A stretch of DNA of 63,551 nucleotides from Atractiella rhizophila. Taxonomy: Eukaryota. The notes under the pieces were generated by a model that saw nothing but the letters and a program-made list of their open reading frames with translations, was not told the origin of the DNA and searched no databases. This document shows, piece by piece, positions 39,251 to 54,424 of the stretch (position 1 is the first letter of the stretch; every line of letters starts with the position of its first letter). Made by a program: the position numbers and the translations under genes. The stretch covers positions 62,214-125,764 of the forward strand of contig MU271244.1 in assembly GCA_021432655.1 (NCBI GenBank). Reading direction: 5' to 3'.

Positions 39251-41590
39251 TTATATTTGCCGTCGTTGCATGAGAAAAGTACCTTCATATCCATAGAGAT
39301 CCTCCGGTGTAAAGGTATCTCGCCAACGACCGACGATTGTGTTCTCACTGACTATGTAGCCGCGATATATCCACCTCCCTCGTCCATCGGGTGTGTACTC
39401 TTTTGTGAGAGAAAGCAGTCCATCCCAAGAGCGAACACGGCCACGAAGGATGAATTGACCCCATGCTGAATGGCCCTACAACACAATTTTAATTCCAGAA
39501 GCAACAGGAAAGAAGCCAAGGACGCGACATACCGTGCCGCTGAGCAAAATCTCGTAACGTTCCTTCGATGTTTCGGAGGTAACGGATTCAGCATCTTCTG
39601 CAGTTCGATATGAGCTTGAAGTGGATCCGGCACTTTTCATTCTCTTCGCCTTCGGGCCATCATCCACGAAGCCAAGATCAGCAAGGACTCTTCTTCTGTC
39701 CCCTGCGGAGAATTTTTCACTGCTTGTCCTCCCCTTCTCCCCAAGCTCGTATCCGGCATTCAGCGCACTACCGCTGCCGCCCATTTCCTCCTCCGTAACC
39801 TTTACCAGCTTCTCTTCCAACTTCCAAACCTGCGGTTGGCACCCGAAAGGACCCTCGTATAAGCTGATCATCTCCCCTCCAAGCATATCACGATAACTAT
39901 CAAAGTCGAAGAAGCTGAACCTTCCCTCCCAAGTGCCTTCAAAAGCGCCTTTAAAAAAGAGATCAGGTAATCCTTCGCTCTTCTGTGGATCCAAACAAGA
40001 TACCAATCTCGCCCAATCTCGATCATGCAAGGCGCTCGTCCTCGTTCCAATCGGCGGTCGAAGTGGATTAGCTCTCGAACCGCCCGCACCTTCCAACATG
40101 CCCGAAACCTTTCCAGGAGCGAGGGGACGCTGAGGCTGTTGCAGCGTCATGGCTGAAAGGGGATCTAGACCTGCAAGCCGGACCAGGGCAGGGTCCCTTT
40201 CGACGCGTTCGAAGAAAGAATACGTTGCGGCCAGGGAAATGAGAGGGGGTGTGCAAGGTAAGGAGAGGGAGAAATAAGAGACGCGTTCGATGCGCGTGGG
40301 ACGGGTGGGAGAGACGTGTAAACTCGAAGCTGAAGGAGGGGGTTGAGTGACAGGTTGTGGCGCAGGTAGATATTTACTCGTCCACGCGGCGTGAAAGGCA
40401 TCAAACTATCACTCGTTGTCAGTCCGTCAGAAGAAGAATTGAGGGAGAAGCGAACATTGTGAGCTGCAAACACGTAGGGTTTGAGCACGAAGAATCTTTC
40501 TTCGCTCTCCTGAGCCGACTCCTCCGCAATCTTCTCACTCCCTTCGCCCATTAGCCAACTGCACCAAAGCGCTAAACATCGCTCTGTAGTATCTTTGGGG
40601 TACCCAGGTCGTAAAGCTGCTGCGAGGAGATCTTGTCGGAAGTAGATGTTGAGAAAATGAGAGAAAGAGGCATAGTGGATGAGGTGATCCAGATTCTTCT
40701 CATCTGTTACGGGGCATTAGACAGGCAGATTGACACGCTCGAAAATGCTGACCATGCTCCAGAAGCATGAAATAAATCCTCCATAGGTCCTCATTCAGCT
40801 CTTCCTTCGCTTTCATCCACAGTGCTGACAGTCGGAACTTCTTTTCATGATCCTGAATCCCCCACTCCTCAAATCCTCCATCCTCATTCTCATCCCACAT
40901 ATTCAACATCTCCTCCTCTCCATCATCTACAGTATGTTCCGGATGCGAGAGCAGAACTCCTCGCTTCACCCGATATTTGATCCGTTTTAGGGTCACGCAG
41001 CGAGCTCTAAATTCGTGGGCGACATGGCGAGCGGTGAGTGTGTGAAGAAATGGGGGCGTAACATCGAGAGAGACCGGTGAAGGAAGTTGTATTTCCTTCT
41101 CCTTTCCTTTTCCAACAGGCTCGAAAGGTGGCAGGACGAGGTCAACGCTCATCGGGCTGCCCATGGCTGACTTCTCCGCCTTCTCCACCGCCTTACTCCC
41201 CACCTCTTTCACCATCCGTTGCCTCTCCATCTCTCCCTCCTCCATATGGATATCCTTCCAGCCGTGCCTCCTCTTTCGACTAACTCCTCCTTCATCTAAA
41301 CCACCACGCCAATCCCCAATTCTACGACGAACGGCCGCGCCATCGAAGCGCATGTCGAATAGGGAAGCCCAGACCTGAGGGTTGTTGGAAAATGAGAGAG
41401 CATAGTAGAACTTCTTGTTCACTAAAATGAGGGAGAGGACGTTCGGTGGACCTATGGGAGAAGCAGAGGCGAGGTGATAGACGAGCTGAGGCAGCAGTTC
41501 CGGCCTACAAATGCAGCAACCGTGAACCCCACCTTCTTCAAATCACCTTGGAGCAAACACGTACGGAAGGGTACCTAACGACGCCTTCAT
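39251..41590 (-). CDS. Basidiomycete-type F-box-like protein
   Basis: Spliced N-terminus LGTLP/PELLPQLVYHLASASPIGPP..LSFSNNPQVWASLFDMRFD; C-terminal GHSAWGQFILRGRVRSWDGL..GRWIYRGYI..IVGRWRDT..GYEGTFLM. Confidence 0.7.
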
Positions 41591-42767
41591 GTTTCATGCT
41601 CTTTCCCTTTCCCAATGATTGTGCCCTTCGCGATGGCTCACCATTTACCGTCGTCCCAATTGTTTACTCTGATCACTTGAGCTTCACTCAGACTTCTCGC
41701 CGTTCCCTGAATTTAAAAGCACTAGGATATCACCGAAACCGTGCTCCGCGGCGTACTAGCAGCTTGACCCTTTGACCACTGATGGATTGAGGATGGGCAG
41801 GTCGTTCAAGTAAGTCTTGGGAGGGGACAAGACCGCACGCAGTCGAACTTGGGATTGTCCCGCCGACGTTCCGAAACTTTGGCGAAACTTCGGCTTTACC
41901 TGCTGTAAAACCTTTGCTCCAGTGCGTCTGCGTTATTTCTTTTCTTGGGCCTTTAACTCTCGCTTCAACTTGAATATCTTCTTTCTTTCTCGAGAGTCCT
42001 CCTTGAGGATAGCTTGACAGTAATCTGCAGTACTTAAGCGGATGTTGGATGTTCGTACCTGGGAGATTTAGGTGTCATAAAAGCACATTCTCTCATGATT
42101 TCTGATATCAACTGCGAGAACAGCAATACTTCGAGTTATGAAAGGGCCAAACAGGGTCCATACAAACCCCGCCACAAACCTTTGCTTTCTGCAGTTCCTA
42201 TTTTAGCGAGAGTTATCGGCTGTTTGCGTGCACGTTCGCCCTTGCTTCTCTTTCTTCTCTTCCGAAAGCTCGGAATGTTCCAACGTCAAGAATATTCTTC
42301 TTGCCTTTCATACTGCCTGCAATATGTTGATATCGATTAGCTCACCCTATTCGCAGCAGACTTCTCAAGATCTTGCTCTGCCTTTTGGCTGTACACCAAT
42401 GTAATATGCATCAATGTTCAATATTCGTGACTATATCCCTCGCTTCCAGTTGTCAGGAGGGGACGTTCATGGAGCCCCAGCGAGCTCACTCCGCCTCCTT
42501 TGTTCAACTTTACTGGACGTTTACCGACGGTTTGAACACAATTATTGAATGAATGCAGACATTCTCTTCTCCTAGAATCTCCCGTTTTCTGTCAAACCCG
42601 AGACAGTCGCTGCAGACATGGGGGAAGCAATTGGGGGACAGGGGAACGAATAAAAGGCGTCTTCCTTTCAGACCCTTCGTCCCAAGGAACAGTTTTCACT
42701 CTCTTCCACTTTCACTCTTTCGAAAAAAAAAGACGGTTCAAGTTCATCATACCAGCCACTGAGGACC

Positions 42768-43718
42768 ATGTTGCTCAAATCATTCATTCTTTTGGCTTCT
42801 ACAGCTACACTTTCTTTTGCTGGCGAAGCGTCGACATTCAGCGCTCACGAACTATCCACTTTCGAGCATGTCTCACCCGTGGTGCACTCTAGCCTGCACA
42901 TTCCCAGTGATTGTGGTATCTGCAGGCATGATGAGGTGGTGACTTACAATGAGAAGAATGGTCATTGCAAGTGCAGAGGCGAGCATTCCAACTTTCCCGT
43001 ATGTCTTCCCTCCTTCCACAATTATTTTTGTTCTAATCCTCAGGTCGTTTTCTTTGTGACCGACAGAACCATGTCGTGGCTTGCTATCCCCCTCTCCATC
43101 CTAATCGCGGATTCGCTGTCTGCGCCGAGCACAAAGGCTGTGGAATCTTCTGCAAAGGTCTGTCTCTGCTCTCCTTAATGAAAAACGCATTACTGAAAAG
43201 TCTTGAACGCAGACCCGCTCGTCCTCAATGCTGCAGGTGACGACTGCGTTTGTCCTCCTGGGTACGTGCTCCCTTTCTTCCACAACCAGATCCCTAAAAG
43301 GCTCATCAACCATCTTCACAGAACCACGCTCCACTACAACTCCGCCAAACACAAGTACACCTGCAAGCACCCGACGCCATCCATGCGCGCCCGTGCTCTC
43401 CAACACCGTTCCGCCATGATCTCGCAAGTGTTGATCGACCCTCGCTGCCCGCTCTCCGAGACCGCTTGCCCACTCAACTTCGGAAGCGCCTCGTCTTCCA
43501 CCTCTGGAGACGGAGGATACGAGTGTATCGACACCTCCAACGCTGTGCAGAGCTGTGGTGGGTGTTTGGGAAGAGGTGGTGTGGATTGCACCGCCATTGA
43601 AGGCGTGAAGGGAGTCGGATGTGAGGAGGGAGTTTGTACAGTTTTCTCTTGTGAGAAGGGGTATATGAAGACTAGGGATGGTTGTGTGAAGACTGTTTCG
43701 ATCGATGAGGGGTTGTGA
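42768..43718 (+). CDS. Secreted Cys-rich PriA/CPL1-like protein
   Basis: Signal peptide MLLKSFILLASTATLSFA; C-terminal CPLSETACPL..YECIDTSNAVQSCGGC..GVDCTAIEGVKGVGCEEGVCTVFSCEKGY. Confidence 0.82.
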
Positions 43719-44286
43719 TCGGTTTATACCTCCATTCGTATTTCGCTCGGTCTGTGTCCTGTTTTCGACCCAGTGTCTTTGTTCAACTTGTCCTTCGGCT
43801 GTGATAATCTCCCGTCCATCTTGACTGGCGCTTTTACCTAAATTTATTTGATAGAATCTGTCACCACACATAGCGTTCCTCAATAACGTATCGTTCTCTA
43901 TTTACTTTGGTCACCTTTTTTTGGTGATGCGCCCATCGTTACAAGCCTGAGGATGTTGAAAGAAAATTCGACCGTCTGCCAGTGGAGTATCTCTTGACCA
44001 GTCCTCGCAACAACAGAGCATGCTTCAATATCCCAAAGTCCACACCAGTGCCTTTTCCGGCCGCCGATATTGATAGTTTCCTGACTGAAGTCACAGGTTT
44101 ACGAGTGGAGCCTGAAACTGTTTCAAGGCAGTCATAAACAAACGATTCCATCGTATAATACGCAATCTGGATTCACGTTCTCGCGTCGACCTCCTCCCCC
44201 TCCTCCCATCTCCTGCCTCTCACTCCCAAGGTCGATTCTCTGCCGAATTCGAAGACGGATACCGACCCATCGACATACGACTGGAC

Positions 44287-46203
44287 ATGGGACAGGACGA
44301 GCACTCGCAAGGTGCAGAACCGGACGTTAGCATTCAGGAAGTGCCGTTTAGAGAGGGAGAGAGGAAGTTTAGAGTCCTTACCTTCAACTGTTGGTGTGTT
44401 TCACGTTCAAACCCATCCGTGTACCATCTTCTGTTTTCAGCAGTTTTTTCTTTTCCTGCCAACCGATTATCTGGCGTACCGTGTCACGAGCAAGCTGTTG
44501 ACTGTGGCTGCTCACTTCCCTGTCGTAGGAGGAGAACAAGTTGACTTGACGTGCAAATCTGACAGTGCGGAAACTGACTGCCCTCAATAGGGGATTGAAA
44601 TATGTCTCTCGCCAGCGTCGTCAACGGATACACGCAATAGCAGAATACATCGTCTCTTCTTCTTCTGCTAATGCCTCGTCACGGCCGTCGCATTCTACTT
44701 CTTCAGGTTCAGGTTCCGCTGCAGTAATAGATGAGGGAGACGGTGGATATGACCTCGTCGCCTTGCAGGAACTCTGGTGCGAGGAGGACTGGTTGACAAT
44801 ATCTACTCGGGCCAAATCCGTTGGCTTGAAACATGGGCGATGGTTCTACAGGTTCGTTGTGCAGCTGCTTGGAATATGGAATATGGATTGACTGCTTTCG
44901 CTTAAAGTGGTGCTCTTGGTTCAGGTCTCGCAATATTGACTCGTCATCGTCTGCTCTCATCGTCCATCCTCTCTTATCCTCTCAACGGTAACCCCCTCCA
45001 TGTCGCAGAAGGAGATTGGCATGTTGGAAAAGCGGCAGGTTCGGTCATTATTTCGCTGGACATCCCATCCCCTTCTTCCTCTACTTCGAAAGGGGAAAGC
45101 ACCAAGGTGGAGCTTGAATTGATCAATACACACTTTTATGCGCCTCATGGAGACGAAGGTGCACACGTGGAGGAGTGGAAGCGAGCGCATCGGATAGCAC
45201 AGTGTTGGGAACTGGGCAAAATCGTGCGATCTGCCTCTGAACGGGGTAGAGGCGTGATCGTTGTACGTCTATCTTCTCCCCTATGTCCTTCGACGATTGA
45301 TACTCATCGTATTCTGGTCTCTCAAAGACTGGAGACCTCAATTCGCCTCCACATTCACACGTCATCCGCTTCCTCCTCGCCCACGGCCACCTCTCTGATT
45401 CCTTCCCCGTCCTAAACCCCCAAGCTCCCCATCCCTCACGCTCTTCCTCCGAAGCCGTCCGTCTAAACGGCGTAACTTGCGACTCCCCCTTGAACTCGTT
45501 TAGTCGGTATAAGGTCTTTCCAGAGTGGGTTAGGAAGGAGGGAGGCAAGAGATTGGACTATGTCCTCTTTCGCAATTCAGGCTTGTTCGTGCCCAAGGAA
45601 GAGACGAGGAAGGACGTGGTCGGAAGCGTGAACCTGGAACCGAAATGGACCAAGGTGGTGCTCACCGAACCTGTTCCGGGGACGGGGGGCATGAGTTATT
45701 CAGACCATTTCGGCGTCGAGGTAGTATTTGGGGTCTCGCTTCTCACGACTTCAGCAAGCTCGACAAAGCCTTCCTTCCCAGGAGGTGAAGCTGTTCCATC
45801 CTCCGAGCCTCTCTCAGGACCAGGTCGACCCTCTGCCCTCACACCCGAACTGATGAGCACCTCCTTGAACGCTCTCGCCAGATCCTTCTCTTCCTCCTCA
45901 AAGGCTGCAAACACCCAGATGTCCCTCTTCTACCTTGCTATTGTATCCATCCCCCTCGTCGCCATAGCCGCCTCCTTCCAGCCTAACAAAGCCTTCAACT
46001 GGCTATTTGTACTCGTTGGTGTCGGAATAGGATGGGGAGGAACAACGATGCTTTATGCGGGCTTCATCGGAGGAAGGTGGGAGAGGAGAGCGCTGAGAAA
46101 CGTCATTGCTGAGATGGAAATTGAAAGAGAGAGGCTGTGGGTGGCTAGGGAAGAGGAAGAGGAAGATGGTAGATTCAGTTTTGAGCCGAGAATTTGGGGT
46201 TGA
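44287..46203 (+). CDS. ISC1: Inositol phosphosphingolipid phospholipase C (neutral sphingomyelinase family)
   Basis: RVLTFNCWGLKYVS, YDLVALQELW, SGLAILTR, GDWHVGK, NTHFYA, GDLNS, TCDSPLNS, GKRLDYV, SYSDHFGVE; two C-terminal TM helices. Confidence 0.92.
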
Positions 46204-46481
46204 GGGAATAATAATGCTGAACTCTTGCGCATTCGCGAATAACATATCGTAAATGCGAGCGAAGCTCATGCTTCCCATGATTGCAGTCTGAGTAGTGTCC
46301 TCAGTGATACTGGTGCGGAGGAAGAGGAAGATGGTAGATTCAGTTTTGAACCGAGAATTTGGGGGTGAGGGAATAATAATGCTGAACTCTTGCGCATCCG
46401 CGAATAACATATCGTAAATGCGAGCGAAGCTCATGCTTCCCATGAATGCAGTCCAAGTAGTGTCCTCAGTGATACTGGTGC
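46153..46481 (+). repeat. Tandem duplication with 165-bp period at the ISC1 3' end
   Basis: 46153-46316 vs 46318-46481, about 6 mismatches. Confidence 0.95.
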
Positions 46482-46771
46482 TCTCTCACGGTAATATTGA
46501 AACACGTTTATTCCGAGTCAGTTACATGAATTAGTGAGCTTTATATCAGACACATTGGATTCAAAACAGAGAGCGAATTTCAATATTGGAAAAAGAAAAC
46601 AAGCGAATGTCCCAGCAGACAAGCCCAACAAACAGTTCATTGTTGACCAAAAAATCCATCATCTACACTTCCCCTAGAATAAAGAGGATTTGAGACGCTC
46701 CCTCAGTGCGTCAACAACTTGGAAAAATCCAAGGGAGTCTCTCTCCTTTCGTCCTTCTGCTGCTTGAACAG

Positions 46772-47844
46772 CTAAGTCCTAGAGCGGAGAGGAGACATAG
46801 GAGTTCCATCGTCATCGTCCACGATCGCAAGGTTCCCGAAGCCCAAGTCTTGTTCCTCGCAAGAGGGCGGAGGGAACATCGGAACGTTGAAAGTGACACT
46901 ACAGTGCAATTTGTTAGACTCGATAGGTAGGGGGAGTGAGAAGAGGACATACGAGGTAGGAGTAGTATCAAAGGAAGTACTTTCGTCCATGAAAACATCA
47001 ATGGACGTATTAGCCGGCCTATTCGTACCATATGTATGTGAGTTTTCGGTCCTCAGAAATCTTAGAAAGGACGTACGATGAATTGGAAAACAAAGTGGAC
47101 GCATCAGTCGAAGCATCCGCGTCGCTGTTCGACTCTTCTCCAATCGCGTCATCGCTCGCTTCCACGACTTCGTCGGATTCCTTTGGAGAACCAGCGACGA
47201 GCGCAAACTTTTCTCCTTCTACCTTGACGATAGGCTGAGCCGCAACAGAGGTACCAACGCTTCTCGGTTCCTTCAAGACGAGAAGCGGAGCGTCAAACGG
47301 CATCGGGGCCAAAGCGAGCGTAGGCGAGATCGGAGATTGAGGCGTGTAATCCTCTTCGACGTCCTTGAGCGAGAACTTGAATGACAACGACAATTTCTTG
47401 ACCGGTCTCTTCAAGTTGGTATAGAACGCTCGCGGTTTCTTTGGCAGAGGAGGAGGCGAGCTTCCCATACTGCTGATCGAAGAGCGAGGAGGGGTCGAAC
47501 AGACCGAAAAGGTGGAACCGGTCGAAGTCGAGTTTCGAGGGCTTGATTCGTCCTGTCGCCGCCATTCCTCCACTGAGTATCGACAGGAATGCGACAATGA
47601 AAGTACCCACATCGGCAGATGAGCCTGAACTGACGCTTCCGTCCTTCGCATCTCTCTTCGTTTCTTTCACACCGTGCAGATCCACTCCCACAACCTGCCT
47701 ATCGGCCCAAAAATCGGAATTCGTGACGTCGACGGACTTGGACGGAGGAACCTGGTTAGCCTTTGTCGATATCTTGAGGTCGACGCTTCCCCAAAGCCTG
47801 CGAATGCTCCTCGAGAGGCTGTTGGACTTCTTGTGAGAAGACAT
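46772..47844 (-). CDS. Hypothetical Ser-rich protein (multi-exon)
   Basis: Chain of ORFs joined by plausible introns; TATAAAAA on the minus strand at ~47955-47962; no domain recognised. Confidence 0.5.
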
Positions 47845-48188
47845 GCCGCTGGACTGTTACCTGTGATTTGTAAAAGGGAGAGGGGGTTTTCACGCGGACT
47901 AAACAGAACGAAGATGGTGGTTGAGAGAGCGAAAGGATTGGGCAAGCTCTTCCCTTTTTATAGGGCTGGTTGGCAATCCCGTCGAAAAACACGCTAGAAC
48001 AAGGCGCGTCCCGACTTTTGCTGAACGGGACGGGAAATTATAGCAATGAGATTATATCTGATTATATAGTTGACTGGATCGAATGACGTCGAGCAGAATG
48101 TACCTCCCTCGAAGTTTGATGCGCTTTCACAGACCCCTTTTTGCGAAAAATCAAAGAATAAACTGATCCCTTTCGCGGTTCGGGTCAT

Positions 48189-49111
48189 GACGCGTCTTCA
48201 CATGAAATTGAGCGTCTTTTTCGGATGATTTCTGAGCGCAGCTTTCATGCTCAACAAACTCTTTACGCGCATTTACTGACACCTCCCAGCCTCTGTGCTC
48301 CCATTACTCTAAGAGAGAACAATCATTCTGTGAATAGCAAAAAGCCCAACATACACCTATGACTCTACAGTATTTGCCCAGAAGGCAAGATCTCAACTTT
48401 GTTGGTTGCCACCAAATCTGGCCAAACCATCGCCTTGGACCCAAGTTACCCAGAGCCAGAGCCATTGAGCAGGAGCAAGAATTGGAGGGCAGAGCGCCTG
48501 AATCCAAGCTACTATGTCCCAACCAACCACCCGCTCCCGCCCCTCGAACTACTCTTCAAGCAACCCCCCTCGTCCGACCGTTCCACTTTCGAACGGTTCT
48601 TCAAAAAATCAAAGTTGTGACGGTGACGGGACGGGTGGCCAAAAATGCCGTCCGTCCCGGACCCGTCACCCGTCTTGACGGCGACGGTGCAAAGCCCTAG
48701 CGACGCGTCTTCACATGAAATTGAGCGTCTTTTTCGGATGATTTCTGAGCGCAGCTTTCATGCTCAAACTCTTTACGCGCATTACTGACACCTCCCAGCC
48801 TCTGTGCTCCCATTACTCTAAGAGAGAATCAATCTTTCTGTTAACAGCAAAAAGCTCAACATACACCTATGACTCTACAGTATTTGCCCAGAAGGCAAGA
48901 TCTCAACTTTGTTGGTTGCCACCAAATCTGGCCAAACCATCGCCTTGGACGCAAGTTACCCAGAGCCAGAGCCATTGAGCAGGAGCAGCATTGAAAGGCA
49001 GAGCACCTGAATCCAAGCTACTATGTCCCAACCAACCACCCGCTCCCGCCCCTCGAACTACTCTTCAAGCAACCCACCTCGTCCGACCGTTCCACTTTCA
49101 AACGGTTCTTC
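48189..49111 (+). repeat. Direct duplication of ~410 bp (48189-48602 / 48702-49111) covering the EXO84 promoter and first ~29 codons
   Basis: Colinear copies with substitutions and small indels, separated by a ~99-bp spacer. Confidence 0.95.
48603..48699 (-). mobile_element. Probable hAT-type DNA transposon/MITE end fragment
   Basis: Minus-strand terminus TAGGGCTTTGCAC followed by nine GACGG/CCGTC subterminal repeats in ~70 bp; no partner end or target-site duplication found. Confidence 0.5.
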
Positions 49112-51607
49112 CTCCACACGCCGCGAAGTGGACTCCCAACCGCAACCAGCACGTCCACGGCGAGACGACCGTCGTCGCGAACCGTCATCGAATGCCATCC
49201 CCGCGGCCATTCCGAGACCTCAAAACCCGTCCAAGATCGGTGCTGCCCTCCTCAAGAAGAGACAGTCAGTCTCGTATGGCAACACCTTCAATTTGCCCGA
49301 TTTTCGATCAGGAGCTGGAGGGAACGTTCCCGTGCCTGATGTACCCAGGGAGTTCCTCGAGAGCCTGGAGGGCGTGAGACCTGGAATCACTAGACAGGTG
49401 CTTGGAACCTCGCCGGCGATGGAGCAGAGGAAGGTGCAGATTGATACGGATGCGTTGGCGGCGGATGGGTTCAATGCAGACGATTGTGCGTTCTGCCTTT
49501 TCTTCCTGAGAAGGCTGGAAAATTGACAAGAATTGCAGTTCTGAGGAGGTATCTCCCTAACGCTTCGGAGGCACAGGTTCAGAACTTGAGGATGTTCAAG
49601 GCGAGCCTGAAGGAAGAAGCGGAGAAGACTTCTCAAGAGATGCAGAAGACCGTTTTCAAGTTCGCCCTTTACGTTCCAATGAGAGGGTTCAATGTTTGAC
49701 CTTACTGCTTTACAGGAACTATTCCGAATTCGTGACGATATCGAAAGAGATCTCCACGCTCGAAAATGACGTTTTAGAGCTCAAAAGTGTGCTTGAAGAG
49801 TGGAAAAAGATTCCGGAGAGTCTTTCAGAGATAGGGAGCGAATTCGAAGAGATGGAATCGAGCATGAACGGTGAGTTAGTTCACTTCCACTTCCACTTCC
49901 AACAACCTTCTCCTCTGACTGACTAATGGACACGCCCGAGCAGATCGACGTTCGAACCGCAACTCCATAGGCGATCTCGCAGCCTTGTACCGCTCGCAAC
50001 TCTCTGCGCTCTGGTCCGGCGTAGAAGGTTCTCAGCGTTTCCTCCCGCCTCTACCTGGCAGGCATCTCATCGCCGAATCGCCTGGTTTCATCGAGCTCAA
50101 TTCGGCCACTTACCGTCCCAAACAGGGTGTCCACCTCTTCTTGCTCAATGACGCCTTGCTCGTAGCGGTAAAGAAGAGGGCGGCTGCTGGTGGAGAGGGC
50201 AGAGGCAAACTGGTCGCGGATCGCTGCTTTGATCTAGCGGATATAATGGTGACAGATATGAAAGATGGAGGCAGTCAGTTTCTCTTCTTTCCTATACTGG
50301 ATGGATGCACCTCATTGTCTTTCCTAGGTTTGACCAACGCTTTGAAAATTAAACAGGGAAGAGAGGTGTTCATCTATCGCACAGAAAAAGCCGAGGAGAA
50401 AAGAGCCCTCTTGTTGGCTTTCAAGAAGGTTGCAGAAGAGCTTATGAACAAGAAACGGAAGGACAATATTGGAAGTAGCTACTCTGGAGTCAAAACCGAT
50501 TTAAGGGGCAGAGGGGAAGGCAAAGATATTGAGAGAGGAGTGCTGGAAATAGGCAAACAGTTGGGATATGAAGGGGAGACATGGATTGATGATTTGGGTC
50601 ATGAGTTGGAGGTTAAGGTGAAATTGCGGGAGTGGGACGATGCAGTTGATGTCATTGAAGCTTGCAAGTTCCTCGGTGCCTTTCTGATAGTTCCTAAACA
50701 GATCTGTAGGCAAATCCGTCAATCCCCAGCTGTCCGCTATCTCCTCGACATCTTCCAACCAGCTCCGCACAGCGATAGCTCCTCTAGTGACGCTCCTGAC
50801 CTCTTCCATCCTCGACGCTCTCGGTCAGCCATACATCCATCGTCCTCAAGTCGTCTCCTATGTTTCCCTCCTCCTCCGCCTCGGACAGGCGGAGAAGGCG
50901 CGCGAAACCTTTCTCAAGAACCGCGGGGACATGGTAAGGAAGCGAGCACGGGGAGTGAAGTGGGTCGCGAGCGGACCAAGGATTGGTAGCGATCACGCTG
51001 CACCTGGTGGAGGCATCAAGCATTATGTGGCGGAACTGGCCATGGTTTGGATGGGGATGGTGAAGAATACTGGAGAGTGGTACCTCACCGCTTTCAAGGA
51101 TCATCGGATGGCAAGTGGTGTGTCAAACAGTTCTTTGTTGCCTGTCGATGTCGTAACTGAGAAGACGACTTTGAGGCAGGGTTCGTGAAATGGGCATCAC
51201 AGCAGATGGAACTCTTCTCTGAGATGTTCAGGAGGCAAGTTTACGGTATTGGAGGGGAGGACAACAGTAAAATTGTGGAGGAGTGCATTGAGATTGCAAT
51301 GACCCATTCAATCACTGTAAGCACTCCTTGTCGAGTTTCGGAAGGACCCTGTGATTGGTGTTCATGGTTTCCATCGTGGAAGCTTCGAGATGTGGGTTTA
51401 GACTTCACCTTCCTCCTCAACTCTCTCCTTCGTACTCCAATTCACCGCCGTCGTTCCTTCTCAGGCACCTCAAGCGCGATGGAGAAGCAGCCGTCAAGGT
51501 CCAAAGACGACTCGTCTCTTCTTAATGTCAATTCTGCCAACTTCAAGAGAATTTCGGCGCTCGAATTACAGAAGGAAGTTCGCGAGAAGTTGAAGTCTCC
51601 ACGATGA
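49023..51607 (+). CDS. EXO84: Exocyst component Exo84
   Basis: KIGAALLKKRQSVSY, NYSEFVTISKEISTLENDVLELK, LYRSQLSALWSGVEGSQRFLP..GRHLIAE, PH-like HLFLLNDALLVA, VSLLLRLGQAEKARETFL, LRDVGLDFTFLL. Confidence 0.92.
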
Positions 51608-52003
51608 AGGCTTTGGAAGTGGAATGATACCCCAAGTCACCTGCAAACAACATGTAGATTGTTTCACAGCTGTTTTATGTTTGGAAATGCATGCAAGTTT
51701 GTGCGACAATTGAAGAAAGATCGCTTGCCTTGTGAAACCCTTCGAGACCGATTCGGACCTCCAGCGCACCTTATAAACAAACGAAGCTTCATGGGACGTG
51801 CATGACTTTATCAGAGTCGTGCGCCATTTGCGACATAGTGGGAGAAAGTGAAACTTGAGCGGAACCTAGTCTATGCTGATCGAACAAAACAAGAGGGTGA
51901 ACAAAATCGCTGCCGCAACAACCAAGTGCGATCATTGGAATCACCTCCCAGAGCATTAAAAACTTTTCAACACCTTCGATACCTCCATCCCAACAACGTC
52001 ATC

Positions 52004-53986
<1,983 letters not shown>

Positions 53987-54424
53987 ACGATGGAAAGTTT
54001 AGATAGCTCAAAAGCTCAAACTCAACTCATCTGTGAATCAATCGCTAATCACTCATTCAACCTCCTAGATAATAATCCTTCCTGTGTTTTATCCCCCTTT
54101 TCTTCATCAGCATGCTTCGGACTGGAAAAAAAAACTATAAAAAGAATGGAAATCTATGTGGCTTTGTTTAAAGTCTTTCTGGGCGGAATCTGTCGTGCAT
54201 TCAAATCAAATTCGTTGGAAGTGATGGATATCAGATGTCGCTCCCGAGCCAGTATTTTTGGGCTGATTTTCACTTTACATTTCTTACATTCTTTTCTCAT
54301 AGCACAACTTTTTGGCGTGGCTGTGCGTTTCAAATAGCATCAAGTGGAAAAATCAGTTTAGAAATACATCAATTCCATTCATTTCTACAACATCCCCAGA
54401 TTCTTGACACCGTTGACCACGAAT

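Noticed and set aside
43101..43883. 260-aa minus-strand ORF
   Set aside because: Antisense to the PriA/CPL1-like exon; no recognisable motifs.
46003..46443. 146-aa minus-strand ORF with an internal repeat
   Set aside because: By-product of the 165-bp duplication (a multiple of 3), antisense to ISC1.
47961..48699. Complete element bounded by TAGGGCT ... AGCCCTA
   Set aside because: Only 7 bp match, there is no target-site duplication, and the left site overlaps the probable TATA box of the neighbouring gene.
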